Shown here one piece after another: positions 43,223 through 58,785 of a stretch of DNA of 64,000 nucleotides. Source of the stretch: the human T2T-CHM13v2.0 reference genome, Homo sapiens; the NCBI RefSeq assembly GCF_009914755.1, contig NC_060946.1; one strand, 5' to 3'. A program made the position numbers and the translations under genes. Under the pieces are notes generated by a model. That model was not told the origin of the DNA. It saw nothing but the letters and a program-made list of their open reading frames with translations, and ran no database searches. How positions within the stretch are numbered: position 1 is the first letter of the stretch; the number at the start of each line of letters is the position of its first letter.

Positions 43223-46200
43223 ATACTAACAACACAGCTAGATAAAATGAGGACAAGAGCTGAATCAGCCAAGGTAGAATAAGCATTGTCTTCAAATTCT
43301 GTGTTGGTAGCAACATTTCCAGGATGTTCCAGGATGCCTCGGCAAGAGCCCAGGTGATGGCTATCAGCAGGAGACAGGTTTGCTGGGCAGGCAGAAACAC
43401 TAAAACAAGTGAAACTTAACCTGGTCACCCTCCTAAATTTGAAATCCATAGCTTTGCAAAGGAAAACTCCTGGCTGATAAACTTATCTAACCTGATTCTT
43501 TGGCTGGCAAAGCTCTTCCTGATAGTTAAATACAGAAGGCAAAAGAATATTCTTCCTTTCTCACGTGCACAGCATCCAATGAGTGTTAATAGAAGATACA
43601 TACGATGTTCTCCTGAAAGCAGAATATGAACACAGCCTGACCCTGCCTTCTGTTACTGATGTTACTGACACATTTCATGTCTAATCTATTTTCCTTTTCA
43701 GTCTAAGATTTTGATGTGCCTCAGCGGGGTTGCAAAACAAGTGCTATTATGAGGCAAAAGCCTTAAATGAAACCATCCTCATTCTAACAGCCTTCAGGCA
43801 GGCACCTGCAGTTTGGGTCACTTACCCACAGCAAGCTTCTGGGTTTCAGGACACCAGCAACCTTGAGGGCTTTGTGAGAGTCAAATCTGAAGGCAACCAT
43901 TTATTGTATTGGTCACTAGGCAGTTCTCAGCATCACTTTGCCCTCATTATCCTGCTCACTGTACATAGAAGCTAGCTTGTGCAGAGACAGCATGAAGGCT
44001 CCCACCGTACAACTGCACACACAAAGGAAGGACTTCCTTCTTCTAATCTAATTCAGGGTAGATGGAAGCCTGCCTCTGATCATGCTGGGCCTGTGCAATT
44101 TCAGGCTTTTGAAAAGGAACTGAGTCTGTTGAGACGGTAAGAAAAGTGACACTCAGGTTCAATGTCATAAATATACATTTCAAAATGCTGATAACTCAGA
44201 AAACTTAGAAACATTTTAAGTCATGTTATTGGATAGCAAAAATATTTGTAAATAATTCACATTTTTAAACATCTCACAGAATAGAAAAACATATGAAAGA
44301 AGATGGTTCTTGGGAGAAAACCAGAAGGATACCGATTGTTTAAACCTTCAATAAGCTAAACACATTAATTCTTCAATACAGATGTCCCTTCTAGGTCAAG
44401 ATCTATGAGTCAGAAGTAAAATTCACTGAGACAACTCCTGCTTAGAAGCCATGTTCTATGAAAACAGGGACTTTGCTTTGTTCCTGCTATATCCTCAGCA
44501 TGTAGGACTCTAGCTGAGGTTCAACAATGAAGAGTTAAAAGCCCCCTGGATAGACATGGTATCTGTCCTGCCCCAGCTTCTCTCTGCTTCTGCCTCTTAG
44601 GAACCTGACTCACCCATCCAGCTCTCCTAGAACCTATAGTTTGTCAGGGACTGGTTCCAGGAAAGTCACCAAATTGATCCACGCTCCCTTTCTTCATTTG
44701 CAAGAAGAGGAAGGGCTGGGTGAGACCAGTGGTTTTATCCAGAGGTGTCTCCCTCCACAGCACCTGGAGAGCTTGTTCAAAAGGCTCAGACCAGGCCCCA
44801 CCTGTGAGAGTCTATTGCACTGAAGCAGGGTGATGCTGATCTACAAGGCCCCACAGCCTCATCCCCTCAGAAAGCCAGGGGAGAGGGAGCAGTAGGGTGG
44901 TTTCCAGATAAACTAGTCCCTCCTTGCCAGAGGCTGCAGACCTAACTCAGAGCATTCGGAAAGCACCATCCAGGTGTCCTGCCCTCATGAGAAGAGGCAT
45001 TTGGTTTGGCCCACGAGGAAAGCCATCAGCTGCAGGCTCTCTAGTGGACACATCCACAAGACAGACACTGTAGAGATGCTACAAATTAGAGTTTTTAGAT
45101 CTCTGCAAGACTTAAAAAATTACAAGAAACAATAAAAATGAACTTGAGAGTTTTCCACAAATATAGAATTGTGTTGCAATGTCTCAGGCAAACCAGCTGT
45201 TTCATGGAAATAGTATTTCAGGAAGTACAAAAGAACACAGCTGAAAAGTTGTCATATGACTGAATTTAATAGTTTTTACAAATTCAAATGAAAATTGCTC
45301 CTTGTCTGTTGGAATTTTACCACAGTCAAGTTTCAGGAAATTAGAAGCCAACATTCTCATTTAATGCATAGAGGCAGAGCCCCATGTGGATAGAAGCGGA
45401 GGTAGATAAGGTCTGGGAAGTGGCTTCCAGACTCTCTGTAACCTCTCAGACTGCAGGCCAGTGCAGTCCCTGGTCTGTTGCAAAGGAGACCAGCGAATCA
45501 TCAGCTCTTTACCCACTCTCCTCTTTGCTTGCTGCTTCTCTCTCTCCTGGCTTCCCAGTGGGGGCTCAGGAGTAAAAGCGGGTAGGATGCCCAACCCTAC
45601 TCTGCAACTGTAAAGTTAGAAACAACTTCAGAGAGGATCTTGTATGGTTTCTGGGTTGGAAAACTCGGGCTGGGCCCTACTCCTTGACTAACTGACTACA
45701 TGATTAGGATTGAATCACTGTACTTCTCTGAGCCTCAGGTGATTCAACTGCAAAAATGGGAATAAAAAGATATACCTCACAAGACTATTGTGAGAATTGA
45801 ATCAGCTTAAATAAACTTTATGTGCAAAGCCCCCTGGAAATGAGAGTTTTTGCTTGAAATCAGTAACCATTCCTTTTACCAGTGAGCTATCTGCCCTTTT
45901 TCCCTTCTAGGGTGAGAGGATCCAATATGCCTGTGTGAGAAGGACTTTCAAGAGCAGAAAGCCTCATCTCAATGTAAAGAGGTGGAGGGCAAATACATTG
46001 CTATGGGACTTCTGCTTTCGGAGGAAGGAAGCATCCAAGGTCCAACTGTGCAGCCTTCAGTTTCTAGGCCAGCCTGGAACAAGACCCTACTGTGGCACCA
46101 ACCCAAGCACTGTAGGTGACAAATGCTGAGAAAGAAGCCTGGTTTACTGCTTGAGTACCCCTCAGACTGATACTTCTGGATTAGACCTCAGCTGCCATGT

Positions 46201-46686
46201 CAGAACTGACTTCTATAAAGTTTTAATATAGTTAGTTTAGATATTCTCTAGAGGGACAACAGAGCCTGGAGCAGATGGGCATTTTCTTCTGATTCGAACC
46301 CTTATAATTTTTTAGGATTACATCTTACTTGATTCATCTGTGCGAGAACGTGCTGCTCATTCCTCAGAGGGTTCTGAAAAGCAAGGAGGGTATCAGCTCC
46401 TTGGGCAGCTGGCGAGCAGTAGATGCTGTCACTGAGAGAGTAAGACAATCTGGGTCCGAGAGAGCAGGGCAAGGTGCTATGGACAATGAAACACCTTAGT
46501 ACTATCAACGGACACCTGGTGGGGACACCGTGATTCTGGAGTTGAACTGACAATGTGGCCTCTGAGACCCTTACTCCACACAGAGGTGGCCATTCAAACT
46601 GTGCATACTTCCCTCTGAGTCTTGAGTTCTGACTCTGAACTTGATTTCAAGTAGGCCAAGAGAACACAATGGGCCTTTTCACCTAC

Positions 46687-47210
46687 CTTCCTGTAAGTAC
46701 ATGACTGCTTGGGAATAGTTCTGCAAGGCATGATGGGTCCTTCCAAGGCTACTATATGACACCGTCTTGGCCGCCAAGTCATTCATCTGTGCAGCAATGC
46801 TCAAGTGCTGTTCTTGATAGACCACAGCCCTCTCGAAGGTGCCCAGGGATTCATAAGTCAGGCCCAGGTTCCCATAGGCTCGGCCCTGGCACGTGGGGTT
46901 GTTGGTTTCCTCTGCTATCTGTAGATCAAGCTGGTGGTACTGCAGGGCTGTGTCATACTCCCCCATCTGCTGGTAAACGCCCCCCAGGCCACAGGCTGCG
47001 TCACTCTCCAGGGCTCGGTCTTTCATATCTCTAGCAATGTTCAGCTGGCGTTCAAGGCAGGAAATGGCTTGTTCGTAATTCCCTAATTGGCTGTGCAGAC
47101 TTCCCAGCTCTCCATAGGCCTGGGCTTTATTGAAGGCCTCTCCAAGTTCATGAGCAACCACGAGCCTCTTTTCAAAGCACACAAGGGCTTGCTGCAAGCT
47201 CCCCATTGCC
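46687..47210 (-). CDS. TTC28: TTC28 coding exon, 524 nt (probably exon 8), TPR repeats
   Basis: Encodes AMGSLQQALVCFEKRL...QAVMYLQE. Acceptor ccccacAG at 47211-47212, donor AAG|GTAGGT at 46685-46686. Frame continues from the previous exon. Confidence 0.96.
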
Positions 47211-48469
47211 CTGTGGGGATGTAGACAGAAAAGCAATGATATTATTTCATGCAGGTGCAGACATGCTAAAGCCCCTGAGAAAATGAAAAGCATTTGTCAC
47301 TGTCACTTACTATAGAAGCTCTTAACTCCTCTTCTAGCTAAAATCTATCATGTGCCCTTAGAGTGAGATGCAGAGGAATTTCATAATCTGGAAAGCAATT
47401 CAAAAGTCATCCCTTAGTGACCTTCCCAAGAGCTTGAGATTCAATGGGATATACACCCCAGAGGAAACATAAAATATATTAATAGGCACAATGATAGCAA
47501 GTGAACTGTTTGGTTCTTCAGGCCTCCCAATTTCCACTACCGCTTAGACTATGTTTTTGAAATCACTTCACAGTGGCTATAAATCTTTCACCCTGAGCTT
47601 CTCAGAGCACTCTGTGGGTGAAGATTTAGTTTGACCCTTGCCCTTCCTCCACTCCAGGAGCCCTAATCCCCTGCCTCTCTGGTGGGGCCATATATCCTGC
47701 AGACACAGGCACCTTCTTGGGTTCCCCACATTTAGGAGAAAGTATCACCTTGACCAACAGTGTGTCTTTTTCTGCTGCTAAGAGAAGACACGATAAGCGT
47801 GGAAAGAGTATGACCAAACCAGTTGTGTGGGGCACATGAATTAGTTCCCCTGAGCCTCCAATTCTGGTGATAATAAATCCCACATCCCACAGCAGATGAT
47901 AATAGATATAGAGTAATACAAAACTGTTAAAACTATTAAGATATCTGTGCAAGGGACCTTGCACAGATGATGCATGCAACATAGTACATTTATGCATTCT
48001 CCTATTATCAGGTGGCTTTTCTGAGGAGCAACACAATGGGGCCTAAGTAATTGGTTAGGTGCAGATGTTGTATTAATAAACACATTCATATAATGTGGGA
48101 GGTATTCAGAAAAGATCAGCGAAAGTGACTCGTTCACCTTCCCCATCCCTATTATCCTTCTCATTCTAATGTAGTCAAAAGGCACTGCATTTGGAGTCAC
48201 AGAGCCCTGGGTTTAACTCTCAGCTGTCCCTTTTAAGCTGCATAATCTTAGGCATTAACTCAATTTCTCTGGGCTTTAGTTTCTTCATCCATAACATAAG
48301 GGTAACAACATCAACTACTTGATTCAAACAGTTGTTGGAGGAATCAGATGAGATATGTACGAAAATGTTTGTAGTTAACAAACTGCCATGCAGACACGAA
48401 GTTGCCTTTACTGCCACAAATGCTCTTTTTGCAGAACTATAAACCACAATTGTCCTTGGTCATTTTTAC

Positions 48470-49811
48470 CTGTGTCCATTTCCCAGGCCCCGGTAAGCCT
48501 TGGCTTGGTCTTGCATGCGATTCAGACTCTGCGCGACAGATAAATATTGTTCATAGTATTTGATAGCTTCCTCATAGTCACCCAGGGCTTCGTAGCAATC
48601 CCCCAGGTTGCCATAGGCCCGGCCCCTGTCGAGCACAGACTCATTTCCACTTAGCTGCTGCAGCATGGCCAATTGCTGCTCAAAGTAGCCAATGGCTTCT
48701 TCCATCACATTCATGTTCATCTTTGTGATGCCCATGTTGCCATAGACCTGGGCTTCCAGACTCGGATCCTTCAGCTTTTGCCCTAGATCCAGTTGCTCTT
48801 CATAACACTTGAATGCCATTGTGTATTTCCCAAGGGCCATGTAGACAGCAGCCAGGTGCCCATGAGCTCTGCACTCCCCTGGCAAGTCACTCAGCTCCTG
48901 ATATACCTCCAGTTCCTGTGTGTGATAACCCAGGGCCTTGTCATACTTCTGGATCATTCGGTATGCAGTGCCCAGGGCTGCATATGCACTGGCTTCTAAT
49001 CTTCTGTCCTTTACCTGGTGAGCTAAGCCCAGTTGCTGCTCATAGAATTTTATTGCACCATTTATATCTTTTTTACAGATGAATATATCGCCCAGGTTTC
49101 CTAGGGCTCGAAATTTAGCCTGGGAATTATTCAGAGACTGGGCTAGGGACAGTAGGTACTTCTGACACTCTTCAGCTTTACTGAAATTCAGCAGAGCCTT
49201 GAATGCTAGGCCCAAGTTGCAGTAGGCTTTTGCTTGGCTCAACTTGTCGTGAAGGTCTTTAGCCAGTGCCAGATCCTGTTCGTAGTACTTCACTGCCTCC
49301 TGATAGTTTCCAAGGCAGTAATGGGCATAGCCAAGATTGTGGCAGACCTTCCCTTCTCCTTCCATGTCTTGAAGGTCGGGAGCAAGCCGGAGGTACTGTT
49401 CATAATAGGGGGCAGCCTGGACATACTCTCCCCGAGAGCAGTGGAAATTGCCCAGGTTGCTGAGGGCCCGGGCCTCGCTCTGGATGTCTCGTAGCTCCCG
49501 GGCGATGTTCAAGTGGTTCTGATAGTGTTGCAGGGCCCGGTCATGGGCACCCAGGGCCTGGTAGGCCACGGCAAGGTTCCCATGTGTGGAGGCCTGTGAG
49601 GCGCGGTCATTCACTTCCATGGAGATCTGCAGCTCCTGCCGATGGTATTTGACCGCCTGGTCGTACATGCCCAGGGCATTGTAGGCATTGCCCATATTCC
49701 CATAGGCACGGCCCTGGGCAGCATAATCACTCAGCTCCTGGGCAATGCACAGGTGGGTCTTGTGGAGTTTCAGTGCAGTGTCATAATCACCTTTCATCTG
49801 GTGTATGATTC
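48470..49811 (-). CDS. TTC28: TTC28 coding exon, 1342 nt (probably exon 7), tandem TPR repeats
   Basis: 443-aa ORF of TPR repeats (GRAYGNMGNAYNALG, ARALSNLGNFH...). Acceptor ctttctcAG at 49812-49813, donor AG|GTAAAA at 48468-48469. Starts in phase 1 (GA ATC ATA CAC CAG ATG). Confidence 0.96.
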
Positions 49812-49849
49812 CTGAGAAAGAGAATAAAAGAACAGACTAAGACTGAAAT

Positions 49850-50950
49850 AACTGATTTGCAATGTAGAAAGAAATGTAATTTGCATCTCAATTTATAGTA
49901 AAATGCAATCCAGATGAATTAAAGAATTTAAAATAACAGAAGGTAGAATTAAATATTTATCAGCTCTCCACAGAGAGGATAGCTTAAGTTTCAAAGCAAC
50001 AGAAAAAAACATTTACTGATTTTATTACAAAAATAAGAATGTTTGTACTACAAATACATATCTAAAATTAAAAGGCAAAACAATACTGGAAAATATATTA
50101 AACATAAATGAAAAAGTTCAATAGCCATTGCGTATAAAGAGTTTATTTGGTTTGATTTTTTAAAAATGAAGATCCCAATTTACTAAAATAGGCGAAGACC
50201 TGTAAATGTTAGCAGACAACTCACATCCACAGAAATACAAAGAGTAACCACAAGGGAAAATGCTAATTTCCTTTAATAATCAATGAAATGCAAAATAAAG
50301 CAACCCTGAAGTACCATGTTGCTTTGGCTAAATTAGCAAACAAAAAAATTAACCACAACTCCTACACTGATGAGATTGTCCTAAAATTGGTAAACACACC
50401 AACTGCTGGGGACATAAACTGGAACAACCTTTTTGCATAAGCAGCCTGGCAAGAACCACAAACGGCGCTCCTACTCTGACCCAGCAATCTTACTCGAGGG
50501 AAAGTATCCTAAGAAAATAATCTGACAAACACAAAAGATTGCATAACAATACACGTAACAACCTTCAATGTGGCACCATAAACTACTGGAAAATCAGAAA
50601 CATCTTAAATGTGAAACACTGGGGGATTGTATAAGTACATTTTGGTATATCAACTCAATAGAGGATTATGCAGTCATTAAAAAGATAATTATGAAGTCTA
50701 TGCTGAAAAATGGGAAACAATGTTCTTGTAATCATATTAACTGGAAAAATCAGGAAAAAATGCTGCATGCTCCCGTGACAATAACTAGGAAAGTAAGTAT
50801 GTCCATACACACGGACAAGCTCTTGACGGGGTTATACAAAAACAAAAATAGTTGCCTTGTTAGGTAGTGGAATTTCAGTAATTTTTGTTCTAAAATCTCT
50901 TGTAATTCTGCTATACTGCTTTTACAATCAACAATAACAGTGCTCCAAAC
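49850..50950 (+). mobile_element. Old L1M(E)-like fragment
   Basis: A-rich degenerate L1 3' region (aaatgcaaaataaagcaacc, tgacccagcaatcttactc, gaggattatgcagtcattaaaaa). Boundaries approximate. Confidence 0.6.
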
Positions 50951-52061
50951 AAACCTCATGAACCATATTATAGCTGCTAAGCTAAACTATTGTTTTAACA
51001 AGCAGTTTAAAAAAGTGAGTTATATCATACATATCATAACTATAAAGTGGTTTCAAATGAGGGATAGCATAATGGTAACTTGGGAGCTGGCTTTAAGGAG
51101 AGCTTCGTCCATCCCAGTTGGGGCTAGAGTGAGGGCCACCACTAGAAAAGGTGGAGAGAAGCTAGTATGCAAACAGGTTTCTCCTTGCCTTTGGTTTTGA
51201 ACATGCTTTTCCATGCATCAGTCTGTGAGCTTTCCAGTGGTGACTAAAACCTACAGAAGCCCCAAAAGTCAAAAATGCCAAGATGTGTTCTGTTAAAACA
51301 TCTGAACTAAAAATAGATGCTCTGAGAAAGAAAGCTGTGAAAACCTAGCCTCCCCAATTTGTGTATCTCTCTGACACTCTTTATTCATTCATTCACTTAT
51401 CCAGCAGACATTAGCTGGGCATTTATTGTATCAGAACTTGTGGTGGGCAGCAGGGGTAGAAAGAAGAATGAGGACAGAAGTCTCTGCCCCCAGAGAGCAC
51501 ACTGAGTGAAAAGGCAGACAGTATGCATGATCAAGGCTGAAGTCAGGGCAGGGCAGGAGCTGGGGCTGCAGTGCAGGGTGAGTCTGTGGGGACCACTCTG
51601 CTGGTCCTGACTCCTCCCTTGCATGCTGTGGAGATCTGCCCTGCCACAAGAGTCACATCTACTCCTGGGACCCAGCCATCTCTTTGACTTAACTGGACTT
51701 AGGGTAAATCATTTAGGTTTTTGAGTTTTATGTAGTTCATCTATAGTTCATATATTTTCTCATCTATAAAATGAGAAAAATAATAAACATAACACCAACC
51801 TTAGTAGGTGATAGTGAGGATCAAATGAAATAATGTATGTGCAAGAGCACTGTAAAACTGCAGAGTGAAATTGCAATATTAGTTATTGAAATTATTCCCT
51901 TCCAGGAAAGGAAATTCTTAAGGTGCTGGAAATTAAATAAGCCATGGTAATTCTTCTGTATATTTTTTATGAGTAAAATATTTCATAATTTAAAAATAAG
52001 TACATAAATCATGGTACACTTATACAATGGAATAAACATGGTGACATTAAAAATGGTGAGG

Positions 52062-52360
52062 GGCTGGGTGTGGTGGCTCACACCTATAACCCGGCACTTT
52101 GGAAGGCTGAGGCAAGAGGATCGCTTGAGCTTAGGAGTTCAAGAGAAGCTTGGGTAACATAACAAGACCTTGTCTCTACCAAAAATTAAAAAATTAGCTG
52201 GGCATGGTGGTGTGAGCCTGTAGTCCCAGCTACTTGGGAGGCTGAGGTAGGAGGATCATTTGAGCTCAGAAGTTCGAGGCTGCAGTAGGCCATGATCACA
52301 CCACTGCTCTCCAGCCTGGGTGACAGAGTGAGACCCTGCCTTTAAAAAAAAAAAAAAAAA
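52062..52360 (+). mobile_element. AluJ, full length
   Basis: Dimeric Alu with A-tail and J-type motif ggatcgcttgagc. Confidence 0.92.
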
Positions 52361-55300
52361 GTTAAGTTTATTGACATAGGAAGAAATTTACAATATATTA
52401 AGGGGATATATGATCCCAAAACAGTACATTTTAATGCATACTTTAGTAGCATTGTGTATAGACATACATGTTTATATTTAAACATATAGCATAAAATGTA
52501 TTTAAAGGTTAAGAGCAGTAATATTTGGGTGGTAGAATTGTAGTTTTTTTTGTCTTTTTACTTACATGTATTTTAATTTTTTTTCTATGACGAACATATA
52601 AACCTTGGTTTAAAAACAGTATTTTTGGACTCCAATCCAGTAAGAAAGTAATATTCCTGGGGACTGGGTCTGGTCACTTCCCTGGGTTAGAGATGTCACC
52701 AGGATCCTTGCTGGAAGGATCAGGGTTTTTCCGAATCTGTCTCAAGGTGAGAAAATCTAAGCTTCCCGAGAGGAAATAATACCTTAGCATCACCTACAAC
52801 CCTCTTAATGCTAAAAAATTATTAGTGACAGAAACGTTTCAGTTCTAAAGACCTGAATTTAACATGTGGTCCTAAACCACTTTTATCTAAAGAGAAAAAT
52901 TTCACATTTCAAATTTCCAGGTTTCCTCAGAGGAAATTTTTTTTTTTACATTTCTCCCTCTCTCCTCATTTACTCCCTCTCTCCTCAGTTTCTGTATTTT
53001 TTAAATTAGGGTCAAAATATCTGCCCAGCCATGAGTCAATAATTACGAACAGAGCCGGAGCTGGGGAGGGCAGTAGGAGTGCCCAAATCTCCCTTGGAGC
53101 ACTTTCTCCCACAATCATGCCTTTGCAGTGATTTTTTTTTCCCTCACAGCTTTTGGATTTTATTGCAATGATTTTCTTAAGCCAGTATAATCACTTTTGT
53201 TTGCTAAGATGGGGGTAAGAGGAAGCAAGTGGTGAGAGGCAATTGGAGGCAACTGTAGGAAGCTTGGCTTTCCTATATGGCCCATCACCACCAAAGACAG
53301 GTCTCCTTGGACGCTCCCCACTTCTCCTGCAGGGTGGGACTTACCTCATCCTACAGGAAACTGGCTAAGCATTAGAAAGGCACAATATAATAGAAAAGGC
53401 ACAGGACTCTAAGCCAGAAGTACTGTTTACAAGCCTGGCTCCCACCTCATTCAGCTGAGTGTCTTTGAGACACTCAATACCTCTGAGCCTTTGTTATTTT
53501 TTTAAATTGAAAATATTTTGGCAATTTTTGTTTTCTCACTAATAAGGTCATATTATAATCATTTCAAAGACATAGCTTGAGAAACATAATAGTATGTATC
53601 AATATACTTTGTAAACTAAAACATGGTATCTAAACCTAGTAGGACCAGTATTTAGAGAGTGAGAAAAAGGAAAGGAATTCTGTTTCTCTGACTCTCATGA
53701 CCTTAAGAGTCTGGGCTAGTTAATAGGGAGCAGTCGGGATGATAATGGCTACCCAGGGTTCAATGATTTGTGAAAGAAACTGCCTGCTGGTTATGGCAAA
53801 ATGATCTGATCTCCAGCCAGCTTCCCTATGCACTCTACTGTTCTCCTGTCCTCCTTATCTTACTTTTCCAAGGGCCTGTAAAGAATCATAGGAAGACTCT
53901 CAAAGGCTTCCTCATGCAGACAAGAGTAAGAAGAGATGGATGAGGCCGAACTGGGAATTTTTCATCCTCCCTGTGTCTCTACTGTCCCAGCCACTGCCAG
54001 CCTGGGGAATTCTGAATGGAACATGACACACTCTTGGCAGCCTTTCTCTTTGTTGAGGCAACTTAAAAGCGGCCCCAGAGCTGCCAGCAGAGTGACTGCA
54101 CATGCTGAGGAGATAATCTGCAGATCCTCCTTCCCTTTCGAGACCACAGCTTGATTTTCCAGGGCCGTCAGTCAGATGAAGACTTACAGAGGGCCTGTCA
54201 GCAGGGGCGTGCTAGGTGACAACGTGCTGCAGGGAGGGGAATTAAATGAAGATTAGTGGGGCAGAAGATCCTCACAAAGCCGAGTTCTCACGAGGGTGTG
54301 TGGAGAAAGGACACATGGTTATGAATTTATACATCGTCACAGCAGGTCTCCACCTATGGGTCAAGAATGGTCACTGCCATGGGAATAATAATAGCTACTT
54401 CAAAGGGCTGTTGTGAGGGCCAATGCGATCATGCTCAGCAGAGGCTGGCCTAAGTGCCTCAGACATAGTAAGTGCTCAATACATTTTGCTTTTATTATTA
54501 GCCATTACCAGCAAAGACCAAGGGAGGTGTGAGCTGCACAAGCCAAGCAGAAAAATTACTAAACATAGAATGCAGTTCTGGCTGCCTTTTCTCTTATGAA
54601 TTTTGTGGAGGTAGGGGCCTCGGTGCACCGCCACAAACAATGGAAGTGGTCTTCTCATGTATTGAAAGTGTTACAGTCATGATTATTAATAGTACACAAC
54701 CCAAATGGGGCTTTAAGAGATGATCTATTTTTTCCTCTACTTTCAAACAAATTGTTTTCTGCTCCATCCTACTCAAATCACCATCTATTCTCAGAGGCAA
54801 CATAAGATTTGGGAACTGGAAAAGGCCCTCCCATGGGTTCACTTTCTAAATGATGTGACCTGGCGAAAGTAATGGAGATTCGTCTCCAGTGAGAGGAAGT
54901 GAGTTAGTGGCAGAACTGAGGCAAGGACTCTCAGACCCACTGCCCTCAGCAGGACCAGCCCATCTGCTTTCAGGACAAGCTGGAGACATGAAGTAACTCT
55001 TATTAGTCTTGCTAGGTGTGACATAGGACAGTGGGTATGCTTTATAAAGTTCTCTTCCGTTAGAAATATTTATAGAAGCATTTACACATGAAACAACGTG
55101 GTGTCCATGATTTGCTTTAAAAATTGTGTGTGTGTGTTTATGAAAATAGATGAAACAAGATTAGCAAAATGTGGAAAACTGGGTTATGAGTATGTGGGAG
55201 TTCATTATACCATTTTCTCCTGTGTGTTCATGAACATTTCAATAATGGAAAATTAAATAACAAAGGTATACATAAAACTTTGCACTGCATATATTCTTCT

Positions 55301-55873
55301 ATAATCTTTTTGGATCAGGAAACTGTTCCTTGCAGCTAAGTCCTGACGTGGATGTTTAAGTCCACTTTTATGTCTATGGGACAACAGTAGAAAGAAATTG
55401 GGTTGGTCAACAGCCTCTGTAGCTGCACCAGCCTCCATATCCTTTTCCAGGCTGGGAGAAGAACATGTAGAGACTGAAAACTACACAGCACTTTGTCCTG
55501 TTGCCTTGATTTCATTTCTAATGATCTTAAAGGATAGGATGATATTTTGTCTATCAAAGAGCCAAATGGCTGAGAAATGGCTAAAATGGCCAAGAAAATC
55601 TGCTTCACAGAAAAGTGCTGTGTACTCCCAACTGTTCCTCCCAATCCTCCTCCTCACTGGGAGAAGTGGTCCCAGGTTTTCCATAGGACCCATAATTCTA
55701 ACCCTAGATATCTTTAGGTTCCCTGAACCCTCTCCTTCTCAAGTTTTCACATATAAGTTCTTCTACATTGTACTTAAAATATTGCAAAGCTGAGAGTGAG
55801 GAGGAGGTGACAGACCTGGTTAGTAAACAGATGGCTAGAATCAAAGGCATGAGAGCAAAGTGCTCTGTGTTAG

Positions 55874-56294
<421 letters not shown>

Positions 56295-56563
56295 ATACAG
56301 ATATTTTTAAATGCAGGTAATTCCAAAAATATGTATCATTTGACTTCAGCTAAAAGCAACTTCCTGATAGGTAAGCTTTTCTTGAGAACCTCTCTGTGCC
56401 TGGCTCGCTGCTCCATGATCTCATTCATGCCCCAAAACAAGGTTGATACTGTGGTCTCAGAGCCCCAAAAGGTTCAAGAGCTTACTCAGGCCCACACGGC
56501 TCTAAGTGGCAGGATTGTTACTAAAACCCAGATTTTTCTGACTCAGAAGTCCATGCTCCATGC

Positions 56564-56732
56564 TTTTTTTATTTTTTAAGAGACAGAGTCTTACACTCCA
56601 GCCTGTGACCCGGGCTGAAGTCCAGTGGCACAATCACAGCTCATTACAGCCATGACCTCCCGGGCTCAAGTGATCCTCCCACCTCAGCCTCCCAAGTAGC
56701 TGGGACTACAGGCACACACCACCATACCCAGC
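56564..56732 (-). mobile_element. AluJ right-arm fragment
   Basis: gagacagagtctt...cctcagcctcccaagtagctgggactacagg. Confidence 0.85.
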
Positions 56733-58399
56733 TTAGTCCACACTCTTTTACCTTCTCCCTTCATCTGGAAATGTCGTCCAGTAAAAGACAGGCATGATTC
56801 TGTGCCCATTTCTTTTCCCTCACCATACACACAAATATTTGCATCATGTGCCAATTTCTTCTTTATTAACATTAGTATACTGCTGTGGCAAACCAAGCTC
56901 TTAGCAGCTGCATATGAACAGATTGATGGCCTGGCTAAATCTGTATCTAGAGAACAGAGAAGTACACATTAGATACAAGAAAATCCTAAAAGATTAAGAA
57001 ATGTAGTAGGAGGATGCAGATGTAATCTGTGTGGGCATCACCTCTGGAGAACTCTTGCGCCATCGCACGTCTGTTCTGCCATCCTTTAACTTAATTACAT
57101 CTGTCTCCTTTTTCTACTAAACCCACCAGGCTCAGCCTGTTCCTTGAAGGATAAGTGAAGTTACGAGCCTGTTATCTTCTTTTGCTTCAACAGCAGTTTA
57201 GGATGTCTTCAGTGACATTGAGAGTTTGGTGGCCACTTCTGTTCCAGATCCCAATTGCCCTTCCCTTCTGTTTCAACTCTGAGGAGCCTGCTATAATAAG
57301 GTTGGGAAATCTCTGTACCACCTCTCCCTCCTATAAGCTACACTCCATTGGACGCTATCTACCTTTTAAACCAACTTTGGAGGAAATAAAATGTAGTATT
57401 TTTGTAGAGACTACATTTTAGAGTCTAAATGTATTATTTATTTGCTATACATTTATTTCTCCAAATGCAGAGAAATAGGTTCTATTGCTCACCCCCACCC
57501 CTCAAGACTCCCCCTGATGCTAACTGGGAGCAGGGTCAGTTCCTCTTCAGTCCCCTCCCACCACCATCCCAAAGGCTTGGGCTGAATGAGCAGTGACGAG
57601 CCCACTGGAACCCACAAATATTCACTGCCTTCATGCATAGCCATCCTTCCCACTTCCCTTGGATACTTAAAGACTAAGACTGCAGGTGAATAGCTCAGAA
57701 ATTCCCTGGGCCTGTGCCACTGTAAATCCTGAGGCAGTGGGGAAGATTAATTGTGCCATGAAGTAAGGGAAGTAATAATTAAACCTATTTAAAAAGAGGT
57801 GGCTGGAGAGGGGTGCTGGTGATAGATGATGAGGTAGGAAGTGCTAGGCACAGTCATCTCTAAAGGCTATGGCCGGGCCACTGGGAGAGACTTGGTGGGA
57901 AGCCCAGAGCAGAGTGAAAAATATGCTGGGCCTGCCTGGCCAAGCCCCGCCATTAGTCACTGTTTGGAAAAGTCAGAGTGTGCCTGGTTTTCATTCTGGA
58001 TCACAATAAGAGGTGGGAGGCAGCCTCACAAGTTAGCAATGCAGGGAATGTTACAAGGAGTTAGCTTCAGTATGAAAAAAACATTTGTTTAGAGGCATGG
58101 GATAGAATCACTGAAATGCTGAGACAACTGTTCCTTCTCCTCCCTTGAGCTAAGACCCTGAAAGCTGAACCAGTACCATCTCCTTGGAGCACCTTCTGAG
58201 GGTCCCTCTAGCCTACAAAGTGTAGTCAAGTGGAATTTGTGCGCTTTCCTGATTCAGGCCCAATCCAGTCTTCCTATGCCAGCCACAGAGCAGTCCCATA
58301 CTCCCTTCTGCTCAATCCTACCCTGCCTCTTCTGCCTGTGAGTATCCTATTCACTTGGCTTGGATTACCTTTCTTGCTCATCTGCAGTAGACTTTACCA

Positions 58400-58785
58400 A
58401 TGCTCCCTGCTATCTGGATCTCTTCCACGTTCAGGTATGTATTTCCCACTCGTGAGAAGTTAGGCATGGCAAGTGACTTGCTTTATCCAGTGAAAAGTAA
58501 TGAGAAATGATTGTGTTACTTCCAGACAGAAGCGTTGAAGAGCTGAAGTGCAGTATTCCATGTTCTCTCTTCCTCTGTCTCATCAACTTGCAGAAGCTAT
58601 GTATTGTATTCCAGATGGTACAGCTATAGGAAGACGGAGCTAAGGCAGGCTTAGATTAGTGTGTTGCCCCTAAGGATTGCATGGACCTGTGGTAGGCTTT
58701 GTATGAATATAATACTTTGTTGTATTAAGCCACTAAGATTTATGGGCTGTTACTCTATTAGCACCTAGCACATCCTGATAGATGT
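58400..58785 (+). mobile_element. MLT1-family LTR fragment
   Basis: aagtgacttgcttt, gttacttccagacagaagc and ttgttgtattaagccactaagattt motifs. Boundaries approximate. Confidence 0.55.

Noticed and set aside
48466-49797. 443-aa TPR ORF as a stand-alone (prokaryote-like TPR-CHAT) gene
   Set aside because: It is bounded by canonical splice sites and is in frame with the neighbouring exons, so it is an internal exon of TTC28.
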